A stretch of DNA of 64,000 nt from Candidatus Latescibacterota bacterium. GTDB taxonomy: Bacteria > Latescibacterota > UBA2968 > GCA-2709665. The stretch lies in contig CAXXXF010000015.1 in the NCBI GenBank assembly GCA_963667175.2, positions 320,001-384,000 of the forward strand. The letters run 5' to 3'. The notes below the pieces were generated by a model. That model was given only the letters and a program-made list of their open reading frames with translations. It made no database searches and was not told the origin of the DNA. Made by a program: the position numbers and the translations under genes. This document shows, one piece after another, positions 9,169 through 20,262 of this stretch (positions are counted from its first letter, which is position 1; each line of letters starts with the position of its first letter).

Positions 9169-11943
9169 CTATTTCAACTCTTGCTTCAACGCCCTGATCG
9201 TCTCCTCCAGCGCTTTCATCTCCTTGCCGGCCTGCTCCCAGTCCCACCGCTGCATGGCCGAACGCACGCGGGAATAGTGCGCATCGGCCTTTGCCGCCAG
9301 TTCGGCAGCGGAACGTCCGGTCTGCACGGCTTCGGTCGCCGCCGGCGCCTCCTCCTCACCGACCGCAACGGTGGCGCCCGCTCCGGCCCCGAACAACTCC
9401 GACAGGGCCTCTTCGAACGTATTCCGCATCACCACCTGCCCGCCGAATGCGACAATCACCTGCTTCAACTCCGGAATCGCCGTACTGCGTTCCTGCTGCC
9501 GCCTGGGCGGAGGTTGGCCGCCGGGCATGCCCTCTTCCTGTCCGTACGCCTGCTGTTCGGGCTCCTGCCTCGCCTGCAGATAGATGGGTTCGACGTAGAT
9601 GAACGAGCGCTCCACCGGGATGGCCAGCAGGTTTCCGCGGATCACCTCCGAACCCCGCTGCCCCCACAACGTGAGCTGACTGGAGATTTCCGGCTGCTGG
9701 TCCACCCGCGCTTCGATCTGCATCGGGCCGTAGATCAGCTTGTCTTTGGGCAGTTTGTACACCAGGAGATGCCCGTAGTTTTCACCGTCGGACCGAGCCG
9801 CGAGCCAGGCGATCATATTGTCCCGCTTTTCAGGCGTGAACGGGACCATCAGCAGGAATTCCTCCCGCTGCTCGCCAGGCAGCTTGACGATAATGTAGTA
9901 GGGCAGCATCTCCTGTGGCTGGTCGCTGTAGATCTCGTTCGGAATCTCCCAGAGATCCTCCTGGTTGAAGAAGACGTTGACGTCTTCCATGTGATACGTC
10001 CGATACATGATCGCCTGCCTGAAAAACAAGTCGATGGGATACCGCACGTGCGCCCTGAGACCTTCCGGCATCGCGGACATCGGCTGGAACACGCCCGGGA
10101 ACATCTCACCGTAAGCTCGAATCAGCGGATCTTCCGTATCCACCTGATAGAACGTGACCGTGCCGTTATACGCGTCTACCACAACCTTCACGGAATTCCT
10201 GATATAGTTGATCCTCATCCGCCCGGAGCGCGTCGAATACGGATACATGTCCGAGATCGTGTACGCATCCTGTATCCAGTAGAGCCTGCCTTCGGACGCC
10301 ACGACGTAGGGATCGGTGTCGTACATGAGGAAGGGAACCAACGTCTGCACCCGCTCCCGGATCTGCCGGCGGAACATAATGCGGCTTTCCGGCAAGATAT
10401 AGCCGCTCAACAGAAGGCTCACGTCCCAGAACCGGATGGCAAACGACAGCCGATCGATAAAACTGCCCGTGGGAACGCCACCCTTCCCCACGTACGTCGA
10501 ATACTGGTTCTCGTCGCCCTTCGGATAGTCGAATTCCTCGATGCCCGTCTTCACGACCACGTAGGCGTAGGTTCTCTCGCCGTAATAGATCTCGGGCCTC
10601 TCCACCTCCAGCCCGGAAACCGAAACGGGCGGTATGTCCTTGACCATAAACGCCGGCAGGCCCTCCGGGGTCACGTGGTTGACCGGGCTTATGGCCACCC
10701 CGTATCCGTGGGTATACTGCAGGCGCTCGTTGACCCAGTTCCTCGCCTGTGCCGGCAATCGGTTGGTATCCAGTTCCCGGGCGGACAACATCACCTGCCT
10801 GTAAACCCCGTCTATGGTGTACCGGTCCACGTCCACACTCGGAAATACGTAGTACGGCCGGATCTCCTGCACCTGCTGATAGGTCTGTTTCAGAGGGCGT
10901 TCATCCCAGATCCGGATGTTCCGCATCGTCAGGGGATTTGCCTGAATATCCGCCAACGTCAGGTCTTCGGAAGCCTCGAAGGGCTGCTCGACGATCCGGT
11001 CCAGCCCGTACGCCCGGTTCGTCGCCTCGATATTGTATTCGATGAAGGGGCGTTCCCGGCGGAGTTCGCTTGGCTCCACCACCAGCTTCTGCACCACGGT
11101 CGCGGGGACCGCTCCCACGACGATGGCGCCGATAACCAGCACACCGACGCCCCTGAGCGGCAACCGGGTATTGGGCTTCCTGACGTTCAGAAACAGGAAA
11201 ACCGCCGTCGCCAGAAAGACGATCACCATCACCCAGTAAGCCCAGATCTGAACGTTGACGTCCACGTAACCGGCGCCGAAAAACCGCCCCTGCGAATAGA
11301 GCAGGCCGTAGATCTTCAGCCGGTACTTCCACGCCAGCGCCAGAAGGAATACGCCGCCCAGTCCCGAGAGATGGGCCATGGGACGTTCTCCCACCTCGAG
11401 CCCTTCCCGGATTCCAATGCCCCCCGCCGACACGTACATCACCACCGCGATCAGCGCCGACAGCACCAGCGCCGCAATCAGAAACCCGGAAAGGAAATCG
11501 TAAAACGGCAGCAGGAACACGTAGAAGCCCACCTCCCGTTCGAAAATCGGATCCACGGCGCCGAAGGGCTGTTCGTAGATGTACCTCAGCAGAACCGGCC
11601 ACTGGCCGGCGCCGACGTTGCCCAGGATGAGAACCAGTACGGCCGCGATGAACACCTGGGTTTTCCTGGACTGCAATACTCCGCCGGGTTCGTCGTCAAC
11701 CCGTACCGCCCTCTGTGTCACGCGTCCCGCAATCCACAGGTTCACCCCCACGACAATTGCCGCGATTGCGCCGAAAATCATGCCCGATCCGAAGCGGGCG
11801 CGAATGATGCGCCAGAACACCGAATCGTATTCCAGGCTCCTGAACCACAGCCAGTCGGTATAGTACGATACCAGGAAACTGATTCCGAAAAACCCGCCAA
11901 CCAGCACGGCAAGAACGATCCATCCCCGCGGACGCCGATCCAT
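9169..11943 (-). CDS. UPF0182 family membrane protein
   Basis: YTDWLWFRSL, DPIF..EVGFYVF, NIRIWD, YTHGYG, NYIRNSVKVVVDAYNG, GNLLAIP. Start taken at MDRRPRG. Confidence 0.93.
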   Translation of the reverse strand: MDRRPRGWIVLAVLVGGFFGISFLVSYYTDWLWFRSLEYDSVFWRIIRARFGSGMIFGAIAAIVVGVNLWIAGRVTQRAVRVDDEPGGVLQSRKTQVFIAAVLVLILGNVGAGQWPVLLRYIYEQPFGAVDPIFEREVGFYVFLLPFYDFLSGFLIAALVLSALIAVVMYVSAGGIGIREGLEVGERPMAHLSGLGGVFLLALAWKYRLKIYGLLYSQGRFFGAGYVDVNVQIWAYWVMVIVFLATAVFLFLNVRKPNTRLPLRGVGVLVIGAIVVGAVPATVVQKLVVEPSELRRERPFIEYNIEATNRAYGLDRIVEQPFEASEDLTLADIQANPLTMRNIRIWDERPLKQTYQQVQEIRPYYVFPSVDVDRYTIDGVYRQVMLSARELDTNRLPAQARNWVNERLQYTHGYGVAISPVNHVTPEGLPAFMVKDIPPVSVSGLEVERPEIYYGERTYAYVVVKTGIEEFDYPKGDENQYSTYVGKGGVPTGSFIDRLSFAIRFWDVSLLLSGYILPESRIMFRRQIRERVQTLVPFLMYDTDPYVVASEGRLYWIQDAYTISDMYPYSTRSGRMRINYIRNSVKVVVDAYNGTVTFYQVDTEDPLIRAYGEMFPGVFQPMSAMPEGLRAHVRYPIDLFFRQAIMYRTYHMEDVNVFFNQEDLWEIPNEIYSDQPQEMLPYYIIVKLPGEQREEFLLMVPFTPEKRDNMIAWLAARSDGENYGHLLVYKLPKDKLIYGPMQIEARVDQQPEISSQLTLWGQRGSEVIRGNLLAIPVERSFIYVEPIYLQARQEPEQQAYGQEEGMPGGQPPPRRQQERSTAIPELKQVIVAFGGQVVMRNTFEEALSELFGAGAGATVAVGEEEAPAATEAVQTGRSAAELAAKADAHYSRVRSAMQRWDWEQAGKEMKALEETIRALKQELK

Positions 11944-12066
11944 ATCTTCTCCTTTTTCAAAACCACGACGAAACGATGAATTTGACAACAAGAAAACAAA
12001 AAAACCGCTTTCTGTCAGCAAAAACATTTCGGCGGGCCAGCGCGGACGTTGCGCCGCGCCTAATCG

Positions 12067-12111
12067 TTGACATCCGGCGGCGTGTTTATCTTATTGTCCG
12101 TATCGTACAAT
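12067..12111 (+). promoter_or_regulatory. Putative promoter (-35 TTGACA) with imperfect palindromic operator ATTGTCCGTATCGTACAAT
   Basis: TTGACA at 12067 and a 19-bp dyad at 12093-12111 upstream of the SDR gene. The -10 element is poorly defined. Confidence 0.4.
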
Positions 12112-12146
12112 TGCTTCCGCGGCCCGACCCGAATCAGGAGCACGCC

Positions 12147-12935
12147 ATGTCGGAATTTCAGGATAAAGCGGTCATCGTCACGGGCGGGGCAAAGGGCATC
12201 GGCAGCGGCATCTGCCTGGCTTTCGCCAGGGAGGGCGCCCGCGTGCTCTGCGCCGACGTGGACGTAAGAGCAGGTAGACGTCTGGCCGCGGAAAGCGACG
12301 CCCTCCCGGGCCATATCCGCTTCCGGGAGGCGGACGTCGCGCGGGACGAGGCGTGTCGCGGGCTCGCGCGGACCGCCGTTTCGGAGTGGGGCGGCGTGGA
12401 TATCCTCTGCAACAACGTCGGCATTCAGCCGACCGACAGCTACCTGCCTGCCCACGAACTGCCCGAAGACACGTGGGACGCCATCCTGAACGTCAACCTG
12501 AAGAGCGCTTTTCTGATGACCCGGCACTGCGTCCCGGAGATGATCAAACGCGGAGGCGGCGTGATTATCAACACGGCCAGCGTCCAGGGTCTCCAGTCCA
12601 CCAAAGGCGTCTGCGCCTACGCCGCCAGCAAAGGCGGCATCCTCTCGCTGACGCGGCAACTCGCCCTGGAATACGCCGAAGACAACGTGCGCGTGCTCGC
12701 GGTCAACCCCGGCGCCATCGACACCCCTCTGGTCGACGAAGCCCTGAAGGCCCTGGGCGGCGACGAGAAGGAACAGCGCGAACGGATGGGCCGGTCCCAT
12801 CCCGTCGGTCGGATCGGAACCCCGGACGAGGTCGCGCAGGCCGTGCTGTTCCTCGCCAGCGAAAAAGCCTCGTTCATGACGGGCGAGAACGTGTGCGTGG
12901 ACGGCGGCATGATGGCCAAAGGCGCCTGGAGCTGA
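12147..12935 (+). CDS. SDR family NAD(P)-dependent oxidoreductase
   Basis: TGGAKGIG, NNVG, YAASKG catalytic motif and VDGG; SD AGGAG. Confidence 0.93.
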   Translation: MSEFQDKAVIVTGGAKGIGSGICLAFAREGARVLCADVDVRAGRRLAAESDALPGHIRFREADVARDEACRGLARTAVSEWGGVDILCNNVGIQPTDSYLPAHELPEDTWDAILNVNLKSAFLMTRHCVPEMIKRGGGVIINTASVQGLQSTKGVCAYAASKGGILSLTRQLALEYAEDNVRVLAVNPGAIDTPLVDEALKALGGDEKEQRERMGRSHPVGRIGTPDEVAQAVLFLASEKASFMTGENVCVDGGMMAKGAWS

Positions 12936-12964
12936 CCACCCATCCAGGGTCACGACAGAACACC

Positions 12965-13444
12965 ATGGACTATCATCCGTTTGTCGTCCACTTCCCCGTC
13001 GCCCTGCTCACCGTCGGATTCCTCTGCGACGCCGCCGGCGTTCTTCTCCGCAGGGACCACCTCCTCCGCACCGGCTACCTCCTCCTGGTTCTGGGCGCCG
13101 TCTCCGCGATCGCGGCCGCCCTCACCGGAAACGCGGCCGAGGATACCGCCGCCGGAGTCCCCGGCATCGCCGCCTCACTCGAGCAGCACGAGTCCATCTC
13201 CACCGCAGCCACGTGGCTGGCCATCGGGCTTGCCCTCTTCCGCACCCACCTCACCGTCAAGAAAAAATTCGCCGGAAACCTCCGATTCGTAGTTCTCGCC
13301 GGCGCGGCCGCGACAGCGGTCCTCGTTGCCGTCAGCGGATACACCGGAGGGCGGATGAGTTACGAATTCGGGCCGGGTATCAGGCCTGTGATGGAAACCC
13401 TGGAAGCGGTGAGACGGGAGACGGGAGAGAAGACTCCCGATTGA
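12965..13444 (+). CDS. DUF2231-like membrane protein
   Basis: HPFVVHFPVALL, TG, H and GYTGGRMSYE motifs with four hydrophobic helices. Confidence 0.8.
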   Translation: MDYHPFVVHFPVALLTVGFLCDAAGVLLRRDHLLRTGYLLLVLGAVSAIAAALTGNAAEDTAAGVPGIAASLEQHESISTAATWLAIGLALFRTHLTVKKKFAGNLRFVVLAGAAATAVLVAVSGYTGGRMSYEFGPGIRPVMETLEAVRRETGEKTPD

Positions 13445-13462
13445 CTCCGCGAGTGGGACGGG

Positions 13463-13735
13463 ACCTACCCGCTTTCCCCCTTCCTAAAGGAAGGGGGAAA
13501 GCGGGATCCTATCACGTGGCGTTCGTTTCCCTTTCCTTTAGGAAAGGGTCCCTGGCTGCCGGTGGTTTCTCGGCAGGCAGGGGGGATAGGTATGCGCCCG
13601 TTATGGTGCTGCCACGTGTCGGCGTTGCCGTAAACGGGTTTGGCTTGTGATTCAAGCTGAACGCTGATGGCTGAAAGCTGCTTCTTGATGCTATTTGCCT
13701 TTCCCTTTGTGTCTTTGTGTCTCCGTGTGAGTTGA
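13463..13735. repeat. Composite intergenic repeat: hairpin doublet, GCTGA heptamers and tgtgtctttgtgtctccgtgtgag module
   Basis: Hairpin cccgctttcccccttcct-aa-aggaagggggaaagcggg; modules C and D match the 49-51 kb array. Confidence 0.75.
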
Positions 13736-13931
13736 TTTTCGGTTTCGACCGAGCTCCGACGCCTGCGTTTCTCCCCTCTCCCCGCATTGTTTGCGTTTCG
13801 TTCTTGATCGGAGAGGCGTTGTACGCTACCTTTCGAGCGAAGGACGCGAGCGCGTCTACGCCGTTCCGGGCGCCGTTTTTCGCCGCGGCCCGGACACTTC
13901 CACGTCGAGTTGTTCGGAAGGCCTCTACAGC

Positions 13932-16280
13932 ATGCAACCCGTCCCACATCCTCCGTTTCGCACCGCCGCCGTGCTGGGCGCGGGCGTCATGGGATCGCAG
14001 ATCGCCGCCCATTTGGCCAACGCCGGTCTGTCCGTACATCTTCTGGATCTTCCGGGCGACGAAAGAAACCGAAACGCGATTGTCGACGGCGCGCTGAAAG
14101 GACTCGAGCGGCTCAGCCCCGCTCCGCTCTTTACGGAAGGCGCCGCCCGCCGCATCACCCCCGGCAACATCGAGGACGACTTCCACCGTACGTCTGAAGC
14201 GGACTGGATCATCGAAGCGGTCGTGGAGAAGCCGGACGTCAAGCGGGAGATCATGGCGCGCGTGGAAGCCGCCGCGAACGGACATGCCGTCATTTCCACG
14301 AACACCAGCGGCATTCCGATCCACCTGATCGCACGGGACCGGTCGGCGGATTTCAGGCGGCGTTTCCTCGGCGCGCACTTCTTCAACCCGCCGCGCTACC
14401 TCAAGCTCCTCGAACTCATCCCCCTTCCCGATACCGATCCGTCCGTTGTCGATCGCATCACCCGGTTCGGCAGCGACCGGCTTGGGAAAGGCATTGTGGT
14501 CGCGAACGACACGCCGGGCTTCATCGGCAACCGCATCGGCGTGTACGCCATGATGCAGTGTATCCGGGCCTTTACGGAGGAGGGGTATACGATTGAGGAA
14601 GTCGACGCCCTTACAGGCCCTCTGCTGGGACGTCCCCGGTCCGCCACGTTCAGGACCGCCGACGTTGTCGGGCTGGACACGCTCGCGCACGTTGCGGGTT
14701 ACCTCCACGACGCCCTTCCGGACGACGAAAGCCGGGACGGGTTCCGGGTTCCCGACGTGGTCGACCGGCTGGTTGCAGGCGGGGCCACCGGCGCCAAGGC
14801 GGGCGGCGGGTTCTACAGGAAAGAGGGTCGAAACATCCTCTCGTTCAACCCCGAAACCGGGGAATACGACCCACCGGCGGAACAGAAACTGGGGGACCTC
14901 GAACCCCTTCGGAAACAGAGGGACCTTTCCCGGCGCCTCTGCGACCTCTATGCGAGCGACGGGCGGGCGGGCGCCTTCTTTCGGAGTCATCTCCTGGAAG
15001 TCCTGTCGTACAGCGCTCGCCGCATCCCGGAGATCACCGCCAACCCGGCCGACGTCGACCGCGCGCTTCGCTGGGGATTCGGCTGGGAGGCGGGGCCCTT
15101 CGAGACGTGGGACATGATCGGGTTCGATACCGTCCTCAAGGACATGGCGGCCGAAAACGTCCCCCTGCCAGGCTGGATCGAAGGCATGTCCGGGGCGGGC
15201 GCCGCGGGATTCCGCGACCGCTCGCGGGTCTATATGCCGGATCGCGGATACGTGCCGGAATCCCAAGACGAAAACGCCTCGCCCGCGATTCGCGCCGACG
15301 ATCCCCACGTCCGGTGGCAGAACGAGGACGCCGTTCTCCTGGACCTGGGAGAGGATATCGCCCTCTTCGAATATCGCACCAAGGCAAACGCCATGGGTGA
15401 GACACTCGTTCGCGGGCTTGTTGACGCGGTCGACGTCGTCGAAGCGGGAGATTACCGCGGCATGGTCATCTGCAACGGAGGGAAGAATTTTTCGGTGGGC
15501 GCCAACCTGGGAGAGATGGTCGCACACGCGGAACAGAAACGCTTCGATCGGATGGACGGACTCATTGTCAATTTCCAGCAGATGATCCAGCGCGTCCACT
15601 ATTCCGCCAAACCGGTTGTCGTCGCCACCCACGGCCGCGTCCTCGGCGGAGGCTGCGAACTCACGCTGGCCTGCGCCAGCCCCGTGGCCGCGGCGGAATC
15701 CTACATTGGACTCGTGGAACTGGCCGTGGGACTCATCCCCGGCGGCTGCGGCACCATGCGCATGGCGGCGATTTCGCACGAGCGGGCTTCGTCCGAGCAG
15801 GACAGCCACGTCCAGCCGTTCCTGACCAGGGCCTTTGAGACGGTGGCGATGGCCAAGGTATCCAACAGCGCCTATCAGGCTCGGGAATACGGGTTTCTTC
15901 CACCGGGATCGCCCGTTGTGATGAACCAGGACCACCGGCTGCGCGCCGCCAGGCAGGAAGTCCTGCGCCTCTCGAACCAGGCATACGCGCCGCCTCCGGT
16001 CCGCAACGGCATCCGGGTACTCGGGCAGCCGGCCCGCGCGCGGTTCGAGGTGACAACCTACAATATGCTCCGTTCCGGTTTCATTTCCGAATACGACCGC
16101 TATCTGGCGAACCGGTTCGCGTACGTGCTGACCGGCGGAGACCTCAGCGGCCCCGCGAACGTACACGAAGACTACCTCCTCGAGCTGGAACGCGAAGTCT
16201 TCGTCGCCCTTACGGGCGAACAGAAGACCCGGGAACGAATTTACAGCATCCTGCGAACCAACAGACCCCTGAGAAACTGA
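13932..16280 (+). CDS. fadN: 3-hydroxyacyl-CoA dehydrogenase/enoyl-CoA hydratase (FadN-like)
   Basis: AAVLGAGVMG, STNTSGIP, HFFNPPRY, GFIGNRIG; C-terminal crotonase domain with FSVGANL and GGGCE. Confidence 0.9.
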   Translation: MQPVPHPPFRTAAVLGAGVMGSQIAAHLANAGLSVHLLDLPGDERNRNAIVDGALKGLERLSPAPLFTEGAARRITPGNIEDDFHRTSEADWIIEAVVEKPDVKREIMARVEAAANGHAVISTNTSGIPIHLIARDRSADFRRRFLGAHFFNPPRYLKLLELIPLPDTDPSVVDRITRFGSDRLGKGIVVANDTPGFIGNRIGVYAMMQCIRAFTEEGYTIEEVDALTGPLLGRPRSATFRTADVVGLDTLAHVAGYLHDALPDDESRDGFRVPDVVDRLVAGGATGAKAGGGFYRKEGRNILSFNPETGEYDPPAEQKLGDLEPLRKQRDLSRRLCDLYASDGRAGAFFRSHLLEVLSYSARRIPEITANPADVDRALRWGFGWEAGPFETWDMIGFDTVLKDMAAENVPLPGWIEGMSGAGAAGFRDRSRVYMPDRGYVPESQDENASPAIRADDPHVRWQNEDAVLLDLGEDIALFEYRTKANAMGETLVRGLVDAVDVVEAGDYRGMVICNGGKNFSVGANLGEMVAHAEQKRFDRMDGLIVNFQQMIQRVHYSAKPVVVATHGRVLGGGCELTLACASPVAAAESYIGLVELAVGLIPGGCGTMRMAAISHERASSEQDSHVQPFLTRAFETVAMAKVSNSAYQAREYGFLPPGSPVVMNQDHRLRAARQEVLRLSNQAYAPPPVRNGIRVLGQPARARFEVTTYNMLRSGFISEYDRYLANRFAYVLTGGDLSGPANVHEDYLLELEREVFVALTGEQKTRERIYSILRTNRPLRN

Positions 16281-16335
16281 TCCCCGCGCGATTCGGCCCG
16301 CCGGATCGCGAGAAAAAGAAGAGGTCGAGTCCGCC

Positions 16336-17520
16336 ATGTACAGCGAAACCTGCATCGTCAGCAGCGTCCGCACGGCCGTCGGCAAAGCCGGGAGGGGGAC
16401 CCTGCGTAACGTGCGGCCGGAAAGCATGGGCGCGGCCGCGGTCAACGGCGCCATGGCGCGCGTCGAGGGCCTCCCGCCCGAGCGTGTCGACGACGTGATC
16501 ATGGGCTGCGCGTTTCCCGAAGCGCAGCAGGGCATGGTTCTCGGCCGCGTTGTCGCGCGGAAAGCCGGCCTGCCCGAAACGGTCCCCGGCGTTACCATCA
16601 ATCGCTTCTGCGCTTCCGGGCTGCAATCCATCGCGATGGCCCACCAGGCAATCTCCGCGGGTCAGGCCGACGTCATCGTCGCGGGAGGCGCCGAATCCAT
16701 GAGCCTCGTGCCCATGGGCGGAAACCACTTCATGCCCGATCCCGACGTCACGCGTGAGAACCCGGACCTCTACATCGACATGGGCAACACCGCGGAGAAC
16801 CTGGCGGAGAGCGAAGACATCTCCCGGGTGGAACAGGACGAGTTCGCCCTGCGTTCCCACCACCGCGCGCTGAACGCTGCCGCGGGAGGCCGCTTCAATG
16901 ACGAAATCGTGCCCATGCACGTTGTGGACACGGTGTACGAAAATGGCGGCGCCACGTCCACCGAAACGACGTTCAGGGCGGACGAAGGGCCTCGCGCAGA
17001 CACCAGCGCCGCCGCCCTCGCCCGGCTCAGGCCGGTCTTCCGCGCCCGCGGCACCGTCACCGCGGGGAACGCCTCCCAGGTGTCGGACGGCGCCGCGGCG
17101 ACGGTCGTGATGAGCGAACGTACGGCCAGAGAGCTGGACGTGGAACCCCTGGCGCGGCTCGCGGGTTACGCCGTGGCCGGCGTGGCGCCCGAAATCATGG
17201 GGATCGGCCCCGCCGAAGCCGTGCCGAAAGCGCTTCGCCAGGCGGGCCTCGCCCTGGACGATATCGGCCTGATCGAACTGAACGAAGCCTTCGCGGTCCA
17301 GGCGCTCGCCGTCATCGGCAGACTGGGCCTGGACCGGGATATCGTCAACGTCAACGGCGGGGCCATCGCGCTCGGCCACCCGCTGGGCTGCACCGGCGCC
17401 AAACTCACCGCCACCCTGCTGCATGAGATGATCCGCCGCAACATCCGCTATGGCATCTGCACCATGTGCATCGGCAGCGGGATGGGCGCGGCGGGGGTAT
17501 TCGAGAACCTGAGGACGTAA
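16336..17520 (+). CDS. fadA: Acetyl-CoA C-acyltransferase (thiolase)
   Basis: [21 protein letters not shown] and MCIGSGMG thiolase motifs. Confidence 0.93.
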   Translation: MYSETCIVSSVRTAVGKAGRGTLRNVRPESMGAAAVNGAMARVEGLPPERVDDVIMGCAFPEAQQGMVLGRVVARKAGLPETVPGVTINRFCASGLQSIAMAHQAISAGQADVIVAGGAESMSLVPMGGNHFMPDPDVTRENPDLYIDMGNTAENLAESEDISRVEQDEFALRSHHRALNAAAGGRFNDEIVPMHVVDTVYENGGATSTETTFRADEGPRADTSAAALARLRPVFRARGTVTAGNASQVSDGAAATVVMSERTARELDVEPLARLAGYAVAGVAPEIMGIGPAEAVPKALRQAGLALDDIGLIELNEAFAVQALAVIGRLGLDRDIVNVNGGAIALGHPLGCTGAKLTATLLHEMIRRNIRYGICTMCIGSGMGAAGVFENLRT

Positions 17521-17748
17521 GCCGCATGGACGTTCTGACTTCCACCTGCGGCGTCCTGTCCTTTTCGTACGTCGAAGCCCTCGCCGTTGGGGTTCTCGTA
17601 TGCGCCCCGGGTTATACCGGCGCGCCGAGGCCGCCCGAGAACAGGCCATCCGCGTGGACGCGTTCACCCCCGAAGAAACCCTCCCTTATCCGGAAAACGC
17701 GCGGCGACGGCAACCGGGCGCGACCGCACGTCCCGAGGAGCGCAATCC

Positions 17749-19374
17749 ATGCAAGGCCTGATGATGGACTATCCGCTCACGCTGGACCGGATCCTCGAGC
17801 ACGCCAACCGTCTGTATCCACGCAAGCGCATCACCACGGGATTGCCCGACGGGACCCTTCACCGGTACACCTACGCGGACCTGCACCGGCGGTCGAAACG
17901 ACTCGCCAGCGCGCTGAGCGGCATGGGCATCGAACCCGGCGACCGCGTGGGAACCTTCGCGTGGAACAACTACCAGCACCTGGAGCTGTATTTCGCGGTT
18001 CCGTGCAGCGGCGCCGTCTGCCATACGCTCAATATCCGCCTCTCGGCGGACCAATTGGCCTACATTGTCCGCCACGCGGAGGACAAAGCCGTCTTCGTGG
18101 ACGCGAGTCTGCTGCCCCTCTTCGAAGCCGTGGCCGCCAGGCTCGACCGCCCCCCTCGCACCGTCCTGTTCAATGCCGATCCCGGAATCAGCACGTCCCT
18201 TTCGGACGTCTGCGACTATGAAGACCTTATGGACAGCGGCAGCGACGCATTCGATTGGCCGGTCACCGACGAGACCGAGGCCATGGGCCTCTGTTACACC
18301 AGCGGCACCACCGGCGAGCCCCGGGGCGCGCTGTACTCGCACCGTTCGATGTTTCTGCACACGCTCGGCGTGAATCAGTCCAACGCCGTGGGCCTTGTCG
18401 AATCGGACGTCGTCATGCCCGTCGTACCGCAGTTCCACGCCATGGCCTGGGGACTGCCGTATGCATGCGCCATGGCCGGCGCGGAGATGGTTCTCCCCGG
18501 CCCCCACCTGAATCCCGCCGCCCTTGCGCGGACGATCGCGGAGGAAGGCGTCACGGCGCCCGCCGGCGTTCCCACCATCTGGACCGGGCTCTATGAAGAA
18601 CTGAAGGTCAATCCGCGCGACATCTCCTGCATTCGCGCCCTGATCGTCGGCGGGGCGGCCATGCCGCGCGGCCTGATCGAAGCCTATGAAACCGAACTCA
18701 ACGTGGCGGTCGTACACGCCTGGGGAATGACCGAACTCTCGCCCCTGGGCACCGTCTCCAGGCCGCAGCGCCACCATGGCGCCCTTCCGGACGCGGACAG
18801 GTGGGACGTGAAAGCCACCCAGGGGTATCCCATCTGCGGCGTTGACATGCGGATTGTGGACGATTCGGGCAACGAAGCGCCGTGGGACGGCCGCAGCATG
18901 GGCGAGATACAGGTCAGGGGCCCGTGGGTGATCGGAAGCTATTACAAGCAGGACCCCGCGCCCGATCACTTCACGGCCGACGGGTGGTTCCGGACCGGCG
19001 ACGTGGGCTCGATGAGCCCGGACGGCTTCCTCACCATCACGGACCGGACAAGAGACCTCATCAAGAGCGGCGGCGAGTGGATTTCGAGCGTGGCGCTGGA
19101 GAACACGCTCATGGGCCATCCGGCCGTCACCGAGGCCGCCGTTATCGCCATACCCGACGCGAAATGGACCGAACGGCCGTTCGCGATCGCCGTACGGTCG
19201 CCCAGCGCAGACCCGGTGACGGCCGAGGCGCTGCGGGCGCACCTCGCGTCGGCATATCCGAAATACTGGGTTCCCGACCGGATCGTCTTCGTAGAGCAGA
19301 TCCCCAAGACCAGTGTCGGCAAACTGGACAAGAAAGTGATCCGCCGCCGGCATGCCGAAGGACTGTGGGGCTAG
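17749..19374 (+). CDS. Fatty-acid--CoA ligase (AMP-binding, AlkK-like)
   Basis: [31 protein letters not shown] and PKTSVGK. Confidence 0.9.
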   Translation: MQGLMMDYPLTLDRILEHANRLYPRKRITTGLPDGTLHRYTYADLHRRSKRLASALSGMGIEPGDRVGTFAWNNYQHLELYFAVPCSGAVCHTLNIRLSADQLAYIVRHAEDKAVFVDASLLPLFEAVAARLDRPPRTVLFNADPGISTSLSDVCDYEDLMDSGSDAFDWPVTDETEAMGLCYTSGTTGEPRGALYSHRSMFLHTLGVNQSNAVGLVESDVVMPVVPQFHAMAWGLPYACAMAGAEMVLPGPHLNPAALARTIAEEGVTAPAGVPTIWTGLYEELKVNPRDISCIRALIVGGAAMPRGLIEAYETELNVAVVHAWGMTELSPLGTVSRPQRHHGALPDADRWDVKATQGYPICGVDMRIVDDSGNEAPWDGRSMGEIQVRGPWVIGSYYKQDPAPDHFTADGWFRTGDVGSMSPDGFLTITDRTRDLIKSGGEWISSVALENTLMGHPAVTEAAVIAIPDAKWTERPFAIAVRSPSADPVTAEALRAHLASAYPKYWVPDRIVFVEQIPKTSVGKLDKKVIRRRHAEGLWG

Positions 19375-19405
19375 CCGGCCGCGACCCGGGACAACAGGAA
19401 CCGCA

Positions 19406-20164
19406 ATGCCTCTCCACCTGAAGAACCCTCACAGCATCCTGGCCGTTCTGCAAACCCGTCCCCAGGACGTCTACGAAATCCGTCTGCCGGACCCCGTCAC
19501 CGGACCCTGGCGCCGGGTCCGGTCGTCCGCCACGGAAATTGGCGTCAAATTCACGGGCGGGAACCGCGCGTCCCGGAGGCAGACCCGGAGGGGCCGCGCG
19601 GGCGGCGCCGAGGCCGTCGTCAGGGAGCGGCGCGCGGTCACCGTCCGGGACCTGTTCGCGAACGCGCCCGAGACCGGACTCTGGCTCGCGCTCGACCGCG
19701 TGCAGGACCCGCACAACGTGGGGGCGATCTTTCGCTCGGCCGCCTTCTTCGGCGTCCGAGGCATCCTGCTTACGCGGGACCGTTCCGCCCCGCTCACGGA
19801 TGCCGTGTACGACGTCGCGTCCGGCGGTGCGGAACACGTTCCCTTCTGCTTCCCGGCCAACCTCAGCAGGGCCCTCGACCTGGCGCGGAAGGCGAACCTC
19901 TGGATCCTCGGCGCGACCGAACATGCGGACACCGGCCTGGACGGGGTCTCTGCCGACCGACCCTGGCTGCTCGTCCTGGGCAACGAGGAACGCGGGCTCC
20001 GGCGTCTCACGCTGGACAAATGCGACGTCACGTGCAGCATTCCGTCCACCGGCAACGTCGCCTCACTGAACGTATCCGTGGCCGCGGGTATTTTCCTGCA
20101 GAAACTCGCCACCCCGCCGGAACACGTCTCGCGACAAACAACCGGCGCCACCCGCCTGCAATAA
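19406..20164 (+). CDS. TrmH/SpoU family RNA methyltransferase (RlmB-like)
   Basis: LDRVQDPHNVGAIFRSA, LVLGNEERG and SLNVSVAAG. Confidence 0.9.
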   Translation: MPLHLKNPHSILAVLQTRPQDVYEIRLPDPVTGPWRRVRSSATEIGVKFTGGNRASRRQTRRGRAGGAEAVVRERRAVTVRDLFANAPETGLWLALDRVQDPHNVGAIFRSAAFFGVRGILLTRDRSAPLTDAVYDVASGGAEHVPFCFPANLSRALDLARKANLWILGATEHADTGLDGVSADRPWLLVLGNEERGLRRLTLDKCDVTCSIPSTGNVASLNVSVAAGIFLQKLATPPEHVSRQTTGATRLQ

Positions 20165-20262
20165 CAGCCCGTTGAAAAAGCCCATGCTCCGGGAACCGGG
20201 GCCCCCTTGTCAGCATCTCCGTTATGCCTTATCTTTTGTGAAATATACCGGGAGAACAGCCG

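Noticed and set aside
9106-19353. Long antisense ORFs (957, 1039, 485 and 555 aa) and similar ones elsewhere such as 53731-56454
   Set aside because: They are shadow ORFs opposite well-supported genes, as expected from high-GC codon bias.
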